This document shows, piece by piece, positions 29,282 to 40,142 of a stretch of DNA of 64,000 nucleotides. Under the pieces are notes generated by a model. The model had not been told where the DNA came from. It made no database searches and saw nothing but the letters and a program-made list of their open reading frames with translations. The position numbers and the translations under genes are program-made. Source of the stretch: an uncultured Spirochaetota bacterium (GTDB lineage: Bacteria > Spirochaetota > Spirochaetia > SZUA-6 > Fen-1364); assembly GCA_963734545.1 (NCBI GenBank), contig CAVTHO010000007.1, forward strand, positions 480,001 through 544,000, in the 5' to 3' direction. The stretch's first letter is position 1; each line of letters begins with the position of its first letter.

Positions 29282-30541
29282 ATGACGATATCCATCATTA
29301 TTCCAACGCACAACAGAGTGGAACAGCTGCGTACCGCAATCGAAAGCGTACTGTCTCTGGAAAATGATAGGACGGACTTCGAGTTCGTCGTTGTCGACAA
29401 CAATTCTACCGATTCTACAAAAAGCCTCGTGGAGTCCTATTCAAAGTACGCAAAATATGTGTTCGAGCCGCGGACTTCATTCACACGAGCCCGAAACAGT
29501 GGCGCCCAGCAGGCGTCCGGAGAAGTCCTGCTGTACCTTGACGACGATGTGATTGTCCAGGAGGGTTCGCTGCGAAAGGTCGCGCAGATTTTCGCAGACT
29601 GCCCCGGTTGCGGCGTAGTTGCAGGCCGGATACTGCCTCAGTTTGTTGAGCAGCCTCCGGAGTGGGCCCTTGACTGCCAGAAGAGCTTCAACGGTTGGTC
29701 TTTGTACGATCCCGAGCCCCCACGTACGGCGCATGGCACGGACATGTGGGAGGTGACTTGGGCTGCTGGGCCCATGATGGCTGTGCGGAAAAGCGCCTTC
29801 CTTGAAGTCGGAGGCTTTCCTCCAGATACCATTGGAGTTGAGACCAACCGAGAGTCCAACCAGTTCAACAAGCTTTATATCGGGCCGGGCGACTATGGGC
29901 TGTGCCACCTGTTAAGGCTTAAAGAGTACACGGTCAATTACAGCCCGGCAGTCTCTGCATATCATGTCATTCCCAGGATGCGATCAACAGTGCCTTTCTG
30001 GCGTTCAAGGATGATCGGAGAGGGCTACCATGCGGCCATCAGCAATAGGGAATTCTTCCGCATCGGGAATAGGGCTCTTCTGCAACGACGTAAGAAGAAC
30101 ATATTCGAGCTGTCATCCAGCCTCAGAAGGCTTGGCGCACGACTAGGCAAAGCAACAGGGCAACTGAAGCAGGGTCTCTTGCCGGAGGAGTTGTGGGTAC
30201 ACTACTACAAGGCCTATCTCGATATGGATTGGATTCTGGAGAGTCATCCCGATCTTGCGGGCTTTCTTTGGAAGATCGGGTACGATGGGGTGGACAACGA
30301 CAATTATGGCGAAGTGATGAATGCTCTTCCTGATGAGTTCAAGATGATGGTCAGCAATGAATATGTGTATGCAGAAAAGGTGTGCACGAGCAAGACGGAG
30401 CTGCTCTTCTTCATGCAGCAAAGGTCGTTTACGCGCCATGTGGGTAGTCCTATCGATCATCTCTACTTGACTGCAGTGCGGTCCGCGAAGCAAATCAAGG
30501 CTCGCCTGAGGGCCATCAAGCATCGGCTTGCCGGCGGATAG
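29282..30541 (+). CDS. Glycosyltransferase family 2
   Basis: SIIIPTHNR, VVDNNSTD, ARNSG and YLDDD motifs. Confidence 0.9.
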   Translation: MTISIIIPTHNRVEQLRTAIESVLSLENDRTDFEFVVVDNNSTDSTKSLVESYSKYAKYVFEPRTSFTRARNSGAQQASGEVLLYLDDDVIVQEGSLRKVAQIFADCPGCGVVAGRILPQFVEQPPEWALDCQKSFNGWSLYDPEPPRTAHGTDMWEVTWAAGPMMAVRKSAFLEVGGFPPDTIGVETNRESNQFNKLYIGPGDYGLCHLLRLKEYTVNYSPAVSAYHVIPRMRSTVPFWRSRMIGEGYHAAISNREFFRIGNRALLQRRKKNIFELSSSLRRLGARLGKATGQLKQGLLPEELWVHYYKAYLDMDWILESHPDLAGFLWKIGYDGVDNDNYGEVMNALPDEFKMMVSNEYVYAEKVCTSKTELLFFMQQRSFTRHVGSPIDHLYLTAVRSAKQIKARLRAIKHRLAGG

Positions 30542-30601
30542 GCAGCCAGTTCGACGCCCGATATCGAAGTCAGCTGCGAGATCACTACAGGAGGATTACT
30601 C

Positions 30602-32536
30602 ATGAAGCTCTTTGTCCCGGGCCGCATCTGCCTGTTCGGCGAGCACAGCGACTGGGCGGGAGGCTACCGCCGGGTCAATTCTGCCATCAACAAGGGCTAC
30701 GCGATCATCGTTGGGACGAACCAGGGCCTTTACGCCGAGGTGGAAGCCCATGCCAACCGTTTTATAGTCGAGGTTTCCGGTTCGGAAAACGACTCGCGCC
30801 TGGACATCCCGATGGACCGCGATGTCCTGCTCCGGGAAGCTCAGACAGGTAGTTTCTTCAGCTATGTGTGCGGGGTGGCATACCAGATCCTCACGCACTA
30901 CGATGTGGGCGGCCTGCGGATTCGAAACCACACCACCGATCTGCCTGTCAAAAAGGGACTCTCATCAAGCGCCGCCGCCTGCGTGTTGGCAGCGCGAGCC
31001 TTCAACAAGGTCTACGATTTGAAGATGACTGTCCGCGGCGAAATGGAGTACGCCTACCTGGGGGAGGTCACCACGCCATCGCGGTGCGGTCGCATGGACC
31101 AGGGCTGCGCCTACGGGGGTCAGCCGATTCTCATGACTTTCGACGGTGATCATATCGACGTGACAGAGCTGCGGGTAGGAGCCGATCTTCATTTTGTCGT
31201 CGTCGATCTCAAAGCAGGCAAGAACACGAGGGAGATCTTGGCCGCCTTGAACAAGTGCTATCCGTTCGCCGACAGCGAGAAAGAGCGCGCCGTTCAGAGC
31301 TATCTGGGTCAGGAGAACGGCCGCATCGTGCAACAGGCATTGGCAGCTATCGAGAGCGGCGAGGTGCAACGCCTCGGCGAGCTCATGCGTGAAGCTCAAG
31401 CCGGCTTTGACCAGTACCTCGCGCCGCTCTGTCCCTCGCAGCTCACCGCGCCGATTCTTCACCAGTTGCTCGCGCACCCAGCTCTGCGGGCCATGGTACT
31501 TGGCGGGAAAGGGGTGGGCTCAGGCGGTGACGGTGCCGCACAACTCCTCTGCGTTGACGAGGAAACTCAAGCCCGCGTGATCGAAGTCGTGGAGGGACAG
31601 CTGGGCCTCCGCTGCCTCCCATTGACCATCCGCTCCGCAATGCGCGTGCGAAAGGCGGTCATTCCGGCCGCAGGATATGGCACTCGCCTGTTTCCTGCTT
31701 CAAAGGCGGTAAAGAAGGAGCTCTTCCCTGTGGTTGATGAGACAGGGCGCGCAAAGCCGGTCATCCTCGCCATCGTCGAAGAGCTGCTGCGATCCGGCAT
31801 TGAGCAGGTGGCTATCGTGATCCAAGAGCGGGATCGCGAGGCATTCGAGGGATTGTTTGGCGTTCTGCCCTCGGGAGACAACTACCGCAAGCTTTCCCCG
31901 CGAGATCAAGCCTACTGTCGGGAGCTACTCGAGATGGGACGCCATGTCTCTCTTGTGATTCAGGAATCGCAGGAAGGCTTCGGTCATGCAGTCTTATGTG
32001 CACGAGAGTGGGTGGGTCGAGAGCCCTTCCTTCTGTCTCTCGGTGACTATGTGTATCGCTCCGACGACGACTCGACCTGTACGCGACAGCTAATCGACGC
32101 GTATGAACGCTACGGCGGCAGTATCGTGAGCGTGAAGCCGGTACCCGAAACCCTTCTCGGCCGATTCGGCTGCGTAGGCGGCCGTTGGACAGAGGGAAGA
32201 TCGGTGCTCGAGATTTCCGAGTTCGTCGAGAAACCTGACGTCGAGACGGCGCGGGAGTACCTGCGTGTCGACGGTCTGGCCTCTGGCGAATATCTTGGGC
32301 TCTTTGGCCAGTATGTACTCAGCCCTACTATCTTTGATCTCCTCAGCGATAATTCTGCGGAGCACCAGGCCAGGGGTGAAGAGCTCCAGCTCACGCCCTG
32401 CCTCAACAGGCTGCGGATCCGCGAAGGCATGCTCGCGTTCATGGTCCATGGGCGCAGCTATGACATCGGTGTGCCAGACGGCTATCGTGCAACGGTTTGG
32501 GAGTTCGGAGCGCCGGGTCCAGACAGAGAGAAGTGA
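30602..32536 (+). CDS. Bifunctional GHMP sugar kinase / GalU-like NDP-sugar pyrophosphorylase
   Basis: PGRICLFGEHSD, LPVKKGLSSSAA and GGKGVGSGGDG, then KAVIPAAGYGTRLFPASKAVKKE, GFGHAV, LSLGD and FVEKP; one continuous frame after a strong AGGAGG RBS. Confidence 0.88.
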   Translation: MKLFVPGRICLFGEHSDWAGGYRRVNSAINKGYAIIVGTNQGLYAEVEAHANRFIVEVSGSENDSRLDIPMDRDVLLREAQTGSFFSYVCGVAYQILTHYDVGGLRIRNHTTDLPVKKGLSSSAAACVLAARAFNKVYDLKMTVRGEMEYAYLGEVTTPSRCGRMDQGCAYGGQPILMTFDGDHIDVTELRVGADLHFVVVDLKAGKNTREILAALNKCYPFADSEKERAVQSYLGQENGRIVQQALAAIESGEVQRLGELMREAQAGFDQYLAPLCPSQLTAPILHQLLAHPALRAMVLGGKGVGSGGDGAAQLLCVDEETQARVIEVVEGQLGLRCLPLTIRSAMRVRKAVIPAAGYGTRLFPASKAVKKELFPVVDETGRAKPVILAIVEELLRSGIEQVAIVIQERDREAFEGLFGVLPSGDNYRKLSPRDQAYCRELLEMGRHVSLVIQESQEGFGHAVLCAREWVGREPFLLSLGDYVYRSDDDSTCTRQLIDAYERYGGSIVSVKPVPETLLGRFGCVGGRWTEGRSVLEISEFVEKPDVETAREYLRVDGLASGEYLGLFGQYVLSPTIFDLLSDNSAEHQARGEELQLTPCLNRLRIREGMLAFMVHGRSYDIGVPDGYRATVWEFGAPGPDREK

Positions 32537-32610
32537 TCTTTTCTACTTTTGGCCGCTGCAGCAAGGCCGTGGTTCAGATATGCAATAAAGTTGATTAGGA
32601 AGGAGAAGGC

Positions 32611-33466
32611 ATGGCTCTCTGGCCCATCAGTTTGCTCAAGAAAGTTGTTCGCCGAGGCCTGGATTCCCCGGATCGACAGGCGGTTGAGGGTGTTCCGCAG
32701 CCCCTATATCAAGCGCAAGTGCATCGAAGGGGTATGCTTCGACTTCTACATCGGTGATCAGGACGGGATGATCTGGTATGACGTAGATGCGACCGACCCA
32801 TTCTGGCCCGAGATGAGGCTGATCAAGGAGAAACTGATAGATCAAGGCGATGTCATCCTTGAAGCGGGCGGGCATCAGGGCTGCACAGGAATCCTCCTAG
32901 CGAATTGGGTCGGTCCTGCCGGGAAGGTAGTGTCGTTCGAGCCGAATCACAGCAACTTCGAGATCTTCATGGTGAACAAGAGCATCACCAAACTCCCCAA
33001 CCTCACCGTCGAGAATGCTGCAGTTGGCGACCGGCGTGGCAGAACGCTGATTTCCACAGGAAGATCGAATTCCTCGCTCGTTCAGCCCGGGTCGGTGTCC
33101 GCTTCGGTGGAGGTTGACATGGTGACTCTGGACGACTATCTGCACCTGAAGCCTACGCTCATCAAGATTGATGTCGAAGGCGCCGACATCCTCGTGCTGC
33201 GAGGAGCTCGCAGCTTGCTGAAAACCAGACCCAAATTGGCGATCGAAATCCACAGGAATTCATATTCGAAATACGGCACCAGACTCGAAGAGCTGTTTGA
33301 GCTGATCGACTTCAGCGAGTACGACTGCTGGGTGCAATGGGAGCTCGAGCCCGAAATACGCGAATGGGATTTTGGAAGTAAAAGCTCCCGAGATACGGCT
33401 ATGGAGAGGATGGTCCAAGGCACGCACTTGTTCGCCAGACCGAAAAAGCAATCGGTCCACGCCTGA
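32611..33466 (+). CDS. FkbM-family methyltransferase (probable frameshift ~32665)
   Basis: LEAGGHQG, SFEP, VTLDD and IKIDVEG motifs. AGGAGAAGG precedes ATG 32611, which is in a different frame from the catalytic part. Confidence 0.8.
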
Positions 33467-33532
33467 AATGTCCGAGAGGCTTCTCACATACCGAATGTCC
33501 GCGGCGCAATCCTACATTCCAGAGGTACCCGA

Positions 33533-33964
33533 GTGGTAGAGAACATTTGCGATCACGAGGAATGTCTGGCTATCATCGTCCGAAGCCAGTTCAGCGAACC
33601 GGGTGTTCACTTTTTCACGCCCGGTGATTTCTCTCAACAGCTCGGCTTTATGAAGCATCCGGCAGGAAAAATCATCGACCCGCACGTCCATAATCCAATC
33701 ACCCGTCAGGTCCACTACACACAGGAGGTCCTCCTGATCCGCAGGGGCAGTCTCCGGGTGGACTTCTACAAGGAAAACAGGGAATACTTGATGAGCCGTA
33801 CTCTTCACGGCGGGGATGTGATTCTCCTGATCAAGGGAGGCCATGGCTTCGTTGTCGAGGAGGATGTCGAGATGTTCGAGATCAAGCAGGGGCCCTATGC
33901 GGGCGACGCCGACAAGACCCGATTCATGCCCCCGTCGGGCCCGGCCGCAGGCGGCAGCCTATGA
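33533..33964 (+). CDS. Small cupin-fold protein typical of perosamine-type clusters
   Basis: FFTP..FSQQLG.M.H, PHVHN, TQEVL, GGHGF and EIKQGPY motifs. Confidence 0.75.
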   Translation: MVENICDHEECLAIIVRSQFSEPGVHFFTPGDFSQQLGFMKHPAGKIIDPHVHNPITRQVHYTQEVLLIRRGSLRVDFYKENREYLMSRTLHGGDVILLIKGGHGFVVEEDVEMFEIKQGPYAGDADKTRFMPPSGPAAGGSL

Positions 33965-34007
33965 AGACCATGCAGGCGCACATCCCGAATACGAGGGGGA
34001 GGAATCA

Positions 34008-34883
34008 ATGATTTCTGCACTGAAGAGAGGGTTTCAGCGATTGGCGACACGGGCAAGCCGTGACGCATTAGCTGACGTATCTCGGTTTTCAGCAGAGACA
34101 AAGGCTGCGCAGGTGCTTCTGTTCAACGAGCTCCGCCAGATCGCAATGCATGGCAGCGCGACCACTCTCGAGGATGTCGGGTTCCGGGTATTCTCCCAGT
34201 GTGATGAGGACGGAATCCTGCTTGCCATTTTCGCCGCCGCGGGAACAACGAACAAGACCTTCCTGGATATCGGCGCCGCAGATGGTATCAACAGCAACTG
34301 CGCAAATCTGGCAATGAACTGGGGGTGGTGGGGCCTCTTTGTAGACGGCGATGCCCGGGGAATAGAACGCGGCCGTGAATACTACGGCCGTCAACCCGAC
34401 ACAAGACTGTTTCCCCCTCAGTTCATTCAGGCGCACGTGACAAGGGCGAATGTAAACCAGGTGCTCGCGGACGCGGGGCTTCGGGGAGAGATCGACCTGC
34501 TGTCGATCGATATCGACGGCAACGACTATTGGCTGTGGGAGGCTCTTGAAGGGGTCAATGCCCGGGTCGTTGTCATTGAGACCCACGTCGAGTTCGGCAT
34601 GAGGAACATCGTCGTTCCGTATGACGAGGCATACGTGTATCCGGGAAAGCACCCTGACTATTTCGGGGCGTCGCCTGTCGCAATGGCGAAACTCGCCGCG
34701 AGAAAGGGCTACCGACTGGTGGGCGCAAACCGGTATGGATTCAATACGTTCTACGTCAAGAGGGGCATCGCGGAGAGCATTCTTCCGGAGGTTCCCGTCG
34801 AGTCGGTTCTGCGACATCCCAGGAACAAGGAGCGGGGCAAGCTATTCGAAGCAGTAAAGGGCTACGAGTACGCGGAGGGATAG
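34008..34883 (+). CDS. FkbM-like methyltransferase-fold protein
   Basis: FSQCDEDGI, FLDIGAADG, IDLLSIDIDGNDYW and GYRLVG motifs. Confidence 0.75.
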   Translation: MISALKRGFQRLATRASRDALADVSRFSAETKAAQVLLFNELRQIAMHGSATTLEDVGFRVFSQCDEDGILLAIFAAAGTTNKTFLDIGAADGINSNCANLAMNWGWWGLFVDGDARGIERGREYYGRQPDTRLFPPQFIQAHVTRANVNQVLADAGLRGEIDLLSIDIDGNDYWLWEALEGVNARVVVIETHVEFGMRNIVVPYDEAYVYPGKHPDYFGASPVAMAKLAARKGYRLVGANRYGFNTFYVKRGIAESILPEVPVESVLRHPRNKERGKLFEAVKGYEYAEG

Positions 34884-34916
34884 CCATTTGACGTGCTCGT
34901 TCCCAGGGGGCAGCCC

Positions 34917-36048
34917 ATGAAGATCCCCGTGTGTGAGCCTTTTCTGAACGGCAGGGAGGCCGAATACGTGCTTGACGCCATGCAGACGGGGTGGATCTCG
35001 TCCTCCGGCAAATACGTGACCGAGTTCGAGCGCGGCTTCGCGGCCTACTGCGGCGTGAGGTACGGAGTCGCGGTCTGCAACGGAACGGTGGCCCTGCATC
35101 TCGCGCTTCGCGCGATTGGCATCGGTCCTGGAGACGAAGTCATCGTTCCGAACTTCACGATGATCGCCACCGCATTCGCCGTCTGCTACACCGGAGCCCA
35201 TCCCGTGTTCGTGGATGCGGACCGCAACTCCTGGAACATCGATCCCGATCTCGTCGAACAGAAGATAACCTCGCGAACGAAGGCAATCATGCCGGTGCAC
35301 CTGTATGGCCTTCCGTGCGACATGGACGCGCTTCGCGGCATTGCGGAACGGAAACGCATCGCGCTCATCGAGGACGCGGCGGAAGCGCATGGAGCCGTGT
35401 ACAAGGGGCGAAAAGCGGGTGCGTTGTCGGCAATTGCCGCCTTCAGCTTCTACGCGAACAAGAATCTCACCACCGGCGAAGGCGGCATGGTTGTCACAGA
35501 TGACACGGATCTCTGGAACAGCGCTCGCTACTTCAAGAATCTCTGCTTCCCTCTGGACGCCCCACGCGTCTATGTCCACTCGGACATCGGATTCAACTAC
35601 CGGATGTCGAACATCCACGCCGCCATTGGATTGGCCCAGGTCGAACGGGCCGACGAATACCTGGCCCTGCGCCGGCGCAACGCACAGCTCTACCGCGCCT
35701 TGTTGAGCGACGTGCCGGGCATCACCTTCCAGAGCGTGCCGGCACAATTTCGAGCAGGATTATTCCAGCTCCTTCTGGATGAACAGCATGGTCGTCGAAC
35801 CGGCGACGTACGGCAGAACAAGAGACGAGTTGGCCGGCTATCTGGAGTCCAGGGGAGTAGAGACCCGGCTGCTCTTTGTCGGCATGGACAGACAACCATC
35901 GTTGCGCGATTTTATTTCCCCGGGCGAGCGCTTTCCGGTGAGCGGGTGGCTCAGCGAGAACGGCCTTTACCTGCCCTCGGCGAGCTCACTGACCGAGCAG
36001 CAGATACGATACGTGTGCGATGCTATCCGGAGCTATTGCACCCGATGA
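34917..36048 (+). CDS. DegT/DnrJ aminotransferase, perosamine-synthetase-like (frameshift ~35750)
   Basis: IPVCEP, GWISSSG, EDAAEAHG, SFYANKNLTTGEGG and GFNYRM; the C-terminus (GVETR..F, GLYLPS) is in ORF 35779..36048. Confidence 0.88.
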
Positions 36049-36809
36049 AATCTGAAGTGTTTGGAGACTACTCGGCGTACTATGACCTCCTCTACAGGGA
36101 CAAGGACTACTCTGCAGAAGTGGACTACGTGGAGCAGCTCATCCACCGGCAGCGTCCCCTGGAAAGCGGTTGGAAGGTCCTCGATGTCGGCTCGGGAACG
36201 GGCAGGCATGCCGCCGCGTTCGCCCGGCGCGGGCACACGGTAGTCGGCGTCGACGCCTCCCAGCAGATGGTCCGGCTGGCCCGGGAAGCGGCCGGCCCCT
36301 CGGTCAGATTCGTTGTCGGCGACGCCAGGCATTTTCGTCTCGACGAGCGCTTTCCCGTCGCGCTCTCACTGTTTCACGTCGCGAGCTACCAGACCGACAC
36401 CGCTGACCTGCTCGCGTACTTCCAATCGATCTGCGCACACCTCGAGCCGTCGGGGCTTTTCGTCTTCGACTGCTGGTACGGTCCAGCCGTTCTGCATCAG
36501 AAACCGGGCCTTCGCGTCAGGGAGATGGAGGACGAAAAGCTCAAGGTCCTGAGAATTGCGCGGCCCGAGCTGCAAACAGAAGACAACTGCGTGAGGGTGG
36601 AATTCGAAGTTCTGGTCGAACGGAAGGCGGACGGCAGCCTGCAGCGCCTGCATGAAAGCCACCGCATGCGGTACTTGTTTCTGCCCGAGATTCAGGATCT
36701 GTTGGCACGAGCGGGGCTCGAGCTCCTGCGCAGCGAGGAGTGGATGACAGGAAAGCCCCTCGGCCTGGAGACATGGTCGGCCTGCCTTGTTGCCGGCAAG
36801 CGATCATGA
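36045..36809 (+). CDS. Class I SAM methyltransferase
   Basis: MKSEVFGDYSAYYDLLYRDKDY, LDVGSGTGRH and FDCWYGP motifs; ATGA overlap start. Confidence 0.88.
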   Translation: MKSEVFGDYSAYYDLLYRDKDYSAEVDYVEQLIHRQRPLESGWKVLDVGSGTGRHAAAFARRGHTVVGVDASQQMVRLAREAAGPSVRFVVGDARHFRLDERFPVALSLFHVASYQTDTADLLAYFQSICAHLEPSGLFVFDCWYGPAVLHQKPGLRVREMEDEKLKVLRIARPELQTEDNCVRVEFEVLVERKADGSLQRLHESHRMRYLFLPEIQDLLARAGLELLRSEEWMTGKPLGLETWSACLVAGKRS

Positions 36810-38011
36810 GAACCGCGGTCCTCTCGTTCGGCTATCCTATTGAGAGATCACCGACTGTCAAAGGGATAATAGAATATCTTGTGAAGCGCGGCTTTGAACC
36901 AGACGTAATCCTCGAGTCGGCGAATCACCATCTCCTTGCGGAACTGCCGACGTCGCGCGTGGTTCAGCTGCTGCCTCGATGGGTGCTCTGGGTGCGCGCT
37001 CGAGTGATGAGCGCCGCGGCGGTCCTGCAGGGCGCCCCCGTAATAGGTCGAGGGGCATTTCGCAGGATTCGATCCTTTCTTGATGCAGTAATGTGGTGGC
37101 CGGCCGCGTACCGACTCCGGCGCATTGGCCAGACGTACGATCTTGTCTATTGTATTGAAGCGGGTTCGCTCTTTTTGATCGATGCGGCAAAGATCCCGCT
37201 TGGTCGATGCATCTACGTATCGCTCGAGCTCCAGCAGATCATCTCCGTGTATGGGTGCCGGAAAGCAGGAGAGTTACTCGCGAAGTGCGCGGTACGGCTC
37301 GTCCAAAGCCCGGAAAGGGCGCTGCTTCTGAACAAAGCGCTCGGTCGTGTTCTGGAGTATCAGTATCTGCCTGTTTCTACCGTTCCGTATGCGCCAACCC
37401 GCCGTTGCCAATCCAACGGAGGCCCCATCAGGCTTGTCTACTCGGGCTACATCGCCAGATGGTCGCATCTCAAGGAATTCCTGCTTGCCTACCGGGACGT
37501 TGAGCGCGAGATGCCGGTCACGCTCACGGTTCATGGGCACAGCTATGGAACCGGCGAGTATCTGCGGGAGATTCTCGCGCTTCTTGCTGACCTCCCCACC
37601 GCACGCTTCGAGGAGAGGCCAATGTCGGAACGCGAGCACCAGGAGTTTCTCGAGGACTTTGACGTCGGGGTTGCCCTTTACCAGCCAGTGGCAGGCAATG
37701 ACAACTGGAAGGGTCTCCTGAAGTCCTCGGGCAAGATCGCCGCGTACCTCTGGAGCGGGCTTGCGGTCCTGACGAACCTGGCCGATGAAGACACTCGAAA
37801 TGTTCCGTTTCTGTTCACCGATCAATTGACGCACGGAGCCGTGCGCGACGCGCTGCGCGCGTACCAGCTCAGCCGGGATTCCTGTGTTTCGCTGGCCCTT
37901 CGATACGCAACGGAACACTACAACATTTACACCTACCTCGATGCGCTTCACCGCCAGATCGATGAAAGCGGGTTATCCGTAAGGCTTCGGGCGCGAACCG
38001 AGTCATCGTAG
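36806..38011 (+). CDS. Putative GT-B glycosyltransferase (divergent GT4-like)
   Basis: LVYSG, DVGVALY and [17 protein letters not shown]-terminal GT-B pattern. Confidence 0.6.
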   Translation: MRTAVLSFGYPIERSPTVKGIIEYLVKRGFEPDVILESANHHLLAELPTSRVVQLLPRWVLWVRARVMSAAAVLQGAPVIGRGAFRRIRSFLDAVMWWPAAYRLRRIGQTYDLVYCIEAGSLFLIDAAKIPLGRCIYVSLELQQIISVYGCRKAGELLAKCAVRLVQSPERALLLNKALGRVLEYQYLPVSTVPYAPTRRCQSNGGPIRLVYSGYIARWSHLKEFLLAYRDVEREMPVTLTVHGHSYGTGEYLREILALLADLPTARFEERPMSEREHQEFLEDFDVGVALYQPVAGNDNWKGLLKSSGKIAAYLWSGLAVLTNLADEDTRNVPFLFTDQLTHGAVRDALRAYQLSRDSCVSLALRYATEHYNIYTYLDALHRQIDESGLSVRLRARTESS

Positions 38012-38037
38012 ACCAGAGACACACAGGGAGGCCGCAA

Positions 38038-39126
38038 TTGGCGAAGACTGCTCTCATCACGGGCGTCACGGGACAGGACGGCGCCCATCTGTCCGAGTTG
38101 TTGCTCGCAAAAGGCTACAACGTCCACGGCATAAAGCGGCGCGCCTCGCTTTTCAACACGGACCGCATCGACCACCTTTACCAGGATCCCCATGACGCGG
38201 AGGTCCATTTCCGCCTCCACTACGGGGATCTGACCGACTCGACGAACCTGATCAGGATCCTGCAGGAGGTGCAGCCGGACGAGATTTACAACCTCGGAGC
38301 GCAGAGCCATGTGAAGGTCTCATTCGAAACCCCGGAGTACACGGCCAACTCCGACGGGTTGGGAACACTGCGGCTGCTCGAGGCGATTCGGATTCTGGGT
38401 CTGGAAAAACGGGTGCGGTTCTATCAGGCGTCGACCAGCGAAATGTTCGGAAAAGTGCGGGAGGTCCCCCAGCGAGAAACCACGCCGTTCCACCCGCGGA
38501 GCCCTTATGGCGCGGCCAAGGCCTTTGCGTACTGGATCACGGTGAATTACCGGGAAGCCTACGGCATATTCGCCTGCAATGGGATTCTCTTCAACCATGA
38601 AGGGCCGCTGCGCGGAGAGACTTTCGTCACACGCAAGATCACCCGTGCGGCGGCGCGAATGAAATTGGGTTTGCAGGAAAAGCTTCACCTCGGAAACCTG
38701 GACGCGAAGCGGGACTGGGGATACGCGGGGGATTATGTCGACGCGATGTGGCGCATGCTCCAGGCTCCGACGCCGGACGACTATGTCATCGCGACCGGGG
38801 AAAACCACACGGTGCGGGAGTTCGTGACCGAGGCCTTCGCGGCGGCAGGCATTATTCTGCAATGGCAGGGGACCGGCGCGGAGGAGAAGGGTGTCGACGC
38901 CAGTTCCGGCAGGGCGCTGGTGGAGATTGACAAGAGGTACTTCAGACCGGCGGAAGTCGACGAACTGCTGGGAGACCCCTCCAAGGCTCGCGCAAGGCTC
39001 GGGTGGCGCCACACCCTCACATTCAGCGAGCTCGTCGGGCTGATGGTCAAAGCCGATCTCAAGGAGGCGGAGCGCGATCTCTACCTCTCGAAGGGCGGCT
39101 TTTCCACTGCGGCAGGCCACGAGTGA
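38038..39126 (+). CDS. gmd: GDP-mannose 4,6-dehydratase
   Basis: [33 protein letters not shown] and GETFVTRKI motifs; GGAGG before the TTG start. Confidence 0.96.
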   Translation: MAKTALITGVTGQDGAHLSELLLAKGYNVHGIKRRASLFNTDRIDHLYQDPHDAEVHFRLHYGDLTDSTNLIRILQEVQPDEIYNLGAQSHVKVSFETPEYTANSDGLGTLRLLEAIRILGLEKRVRFYQASTSEMFGKVREVPQRETTPFHPRSPYGAAKAFAYWITVNYREAYGIFACNGILFNHEGPLRGETFVTRKITRAAARMKLGLQEKLHLGNLDAKRDWGYAGDYVDAMWRMLQAPTPDDYVIATGENHTVREFVTEAFAAAGIILQWQGTGAEEKGVDASSGRALVEIDKRYFRPAEVDELLGDPSKARARLGWRHTLTFSELVGLMVKADLKEAERDLYLSKGGFSTAAGHE

Positions 39127-39133
39127 GGAATCT

Positions 39134-40096
39134 ATGGAAAACTCCGGCGACGGCCAGATGAACAAGGACGATCGGATCTATGTGGCCGGGCATCGGGGCC
39201 TTGCCGGGTCGGCGATCGCGCGGGAACTGGAGCGCAAGGGCTATCAGTCCATTCTTACCTGCAATCACGACGAGCTGGATCTGCGGGATCAACGGGCCAC
39301 TCGCGACTATTTCGAGAGAACTCGGCCTACCTGCGTGTTCCTGGCCGCCGGGAAGGTCGGCGGCATCATGGCCAACAACACCTACAAGGCCGAGTTCATC
39401 TTCGACAACCTGATGATTGCCGCAAACGTCATCGACACCGCCCATCGCTGCGGCGTCAGAAGGCTCCTGAATCTAGGCTCGTCCTGCATCTATCCGCGGG
39501 ACGCGTCGCAGCCGCTGAGAGAGGATCTGCTGCTGACCGGCCCTCTGGAGTCGACAAATGAGCCCTACGCTCTCGCAAAGATTGCCGCCCTCAAGCTCTG
39601 CCGGTACTACAACGAGCAGTACGGCACGAGTTTTCTCTCCGTGATGCCGACAAACCTCTACGGACCGAACGACAATTTCGACCCTGTGAGCTCCCACGTG
39701 GTGCCGGCGCTCATCCGCAAGATGCACGACGCAAAGATGCGGTCAGAGCAGGTGATCCTGTGGGGAGACGGAACCCCTCGGCGGGAGTTTCTCTATGTCG
39801 ATGACTTTGCCCGGGCGGCGGTGTTCCTCATGGAACGCTGCGAGGCTTCTCAAGTCGGCGAATTCATCAACATCGGCACCGGTACCGACATGACCATCAA
39901 GGAGCTGGCAGAGACGGTTGCGGAAGCTGTGGGCTACAAGGGACGCATTGAGTGGGACCTGACGAAACCGAACGGGACCCCCCGGAAGCTCCTGGACATC
40001 ACACGAATTCGCGCTCTGGGGTGGAAGCCGACGACGGAGTTCAGAGCAGGCTTGGAGCGAACGTACCAGTGGTTTCTCGAGAACGCACACGCATGA
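39134..40096 (+). CDS. fcl: GDP-L-fucose synthase
   Basis: YVAGHRGL.GSA, KVGGI, LGSSCIYP, NEPYALAK and PTNLYGP motifs. Confidence 0.95.
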   Translation: MENSGDGQMNKDDRIYVAGHRGLAGSAIARELERKGYQSILTCNHDELDLRDQRATRDYFERTRPTCVFLAAGKVGGIMANNTYKAEFIFDNLMIAANVIDTAHRCGVRRLLNLGSSCIYPRDASQPLREDLLLTGPLESTNEPYALAKIAALKLCRYYNEQYGTSFLSVMPTNLYGPNDNFDPVSSHVVPALIRKMHDAKMRSEQVILWGDGTPRREFLYVDDFARAAVFLMERCEASQVGEFINIGTGTDMTIKELAETVAEAVGYKGRIEWDLTKPNGTPRKLLDITRIRALGWKPTTEFRAGLERTYQWFLENAHA

Positions 40097-40142
40097 CGGC
40101 CAGGACTGCAGCCGAACAGAGCAGAGAGGGAAGGAGCGTCCA

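Noticed and set aside
24983-30541. Apparently lower-GC segment as a mobile island
   Set aside because: Only a visual impression, not computed; no integrase, transposase or flanking repeats were seen, and glycan genes are often AT-shifted.
34893-36809. 638-aa aminotransferase-methyltransferase fusion
   Set aside because: The real DegT C-terminus is in ORF 35779..36048 and overlaps the methyltransferase start by ATGA; the linker in the fused ORF is off-frame junk.
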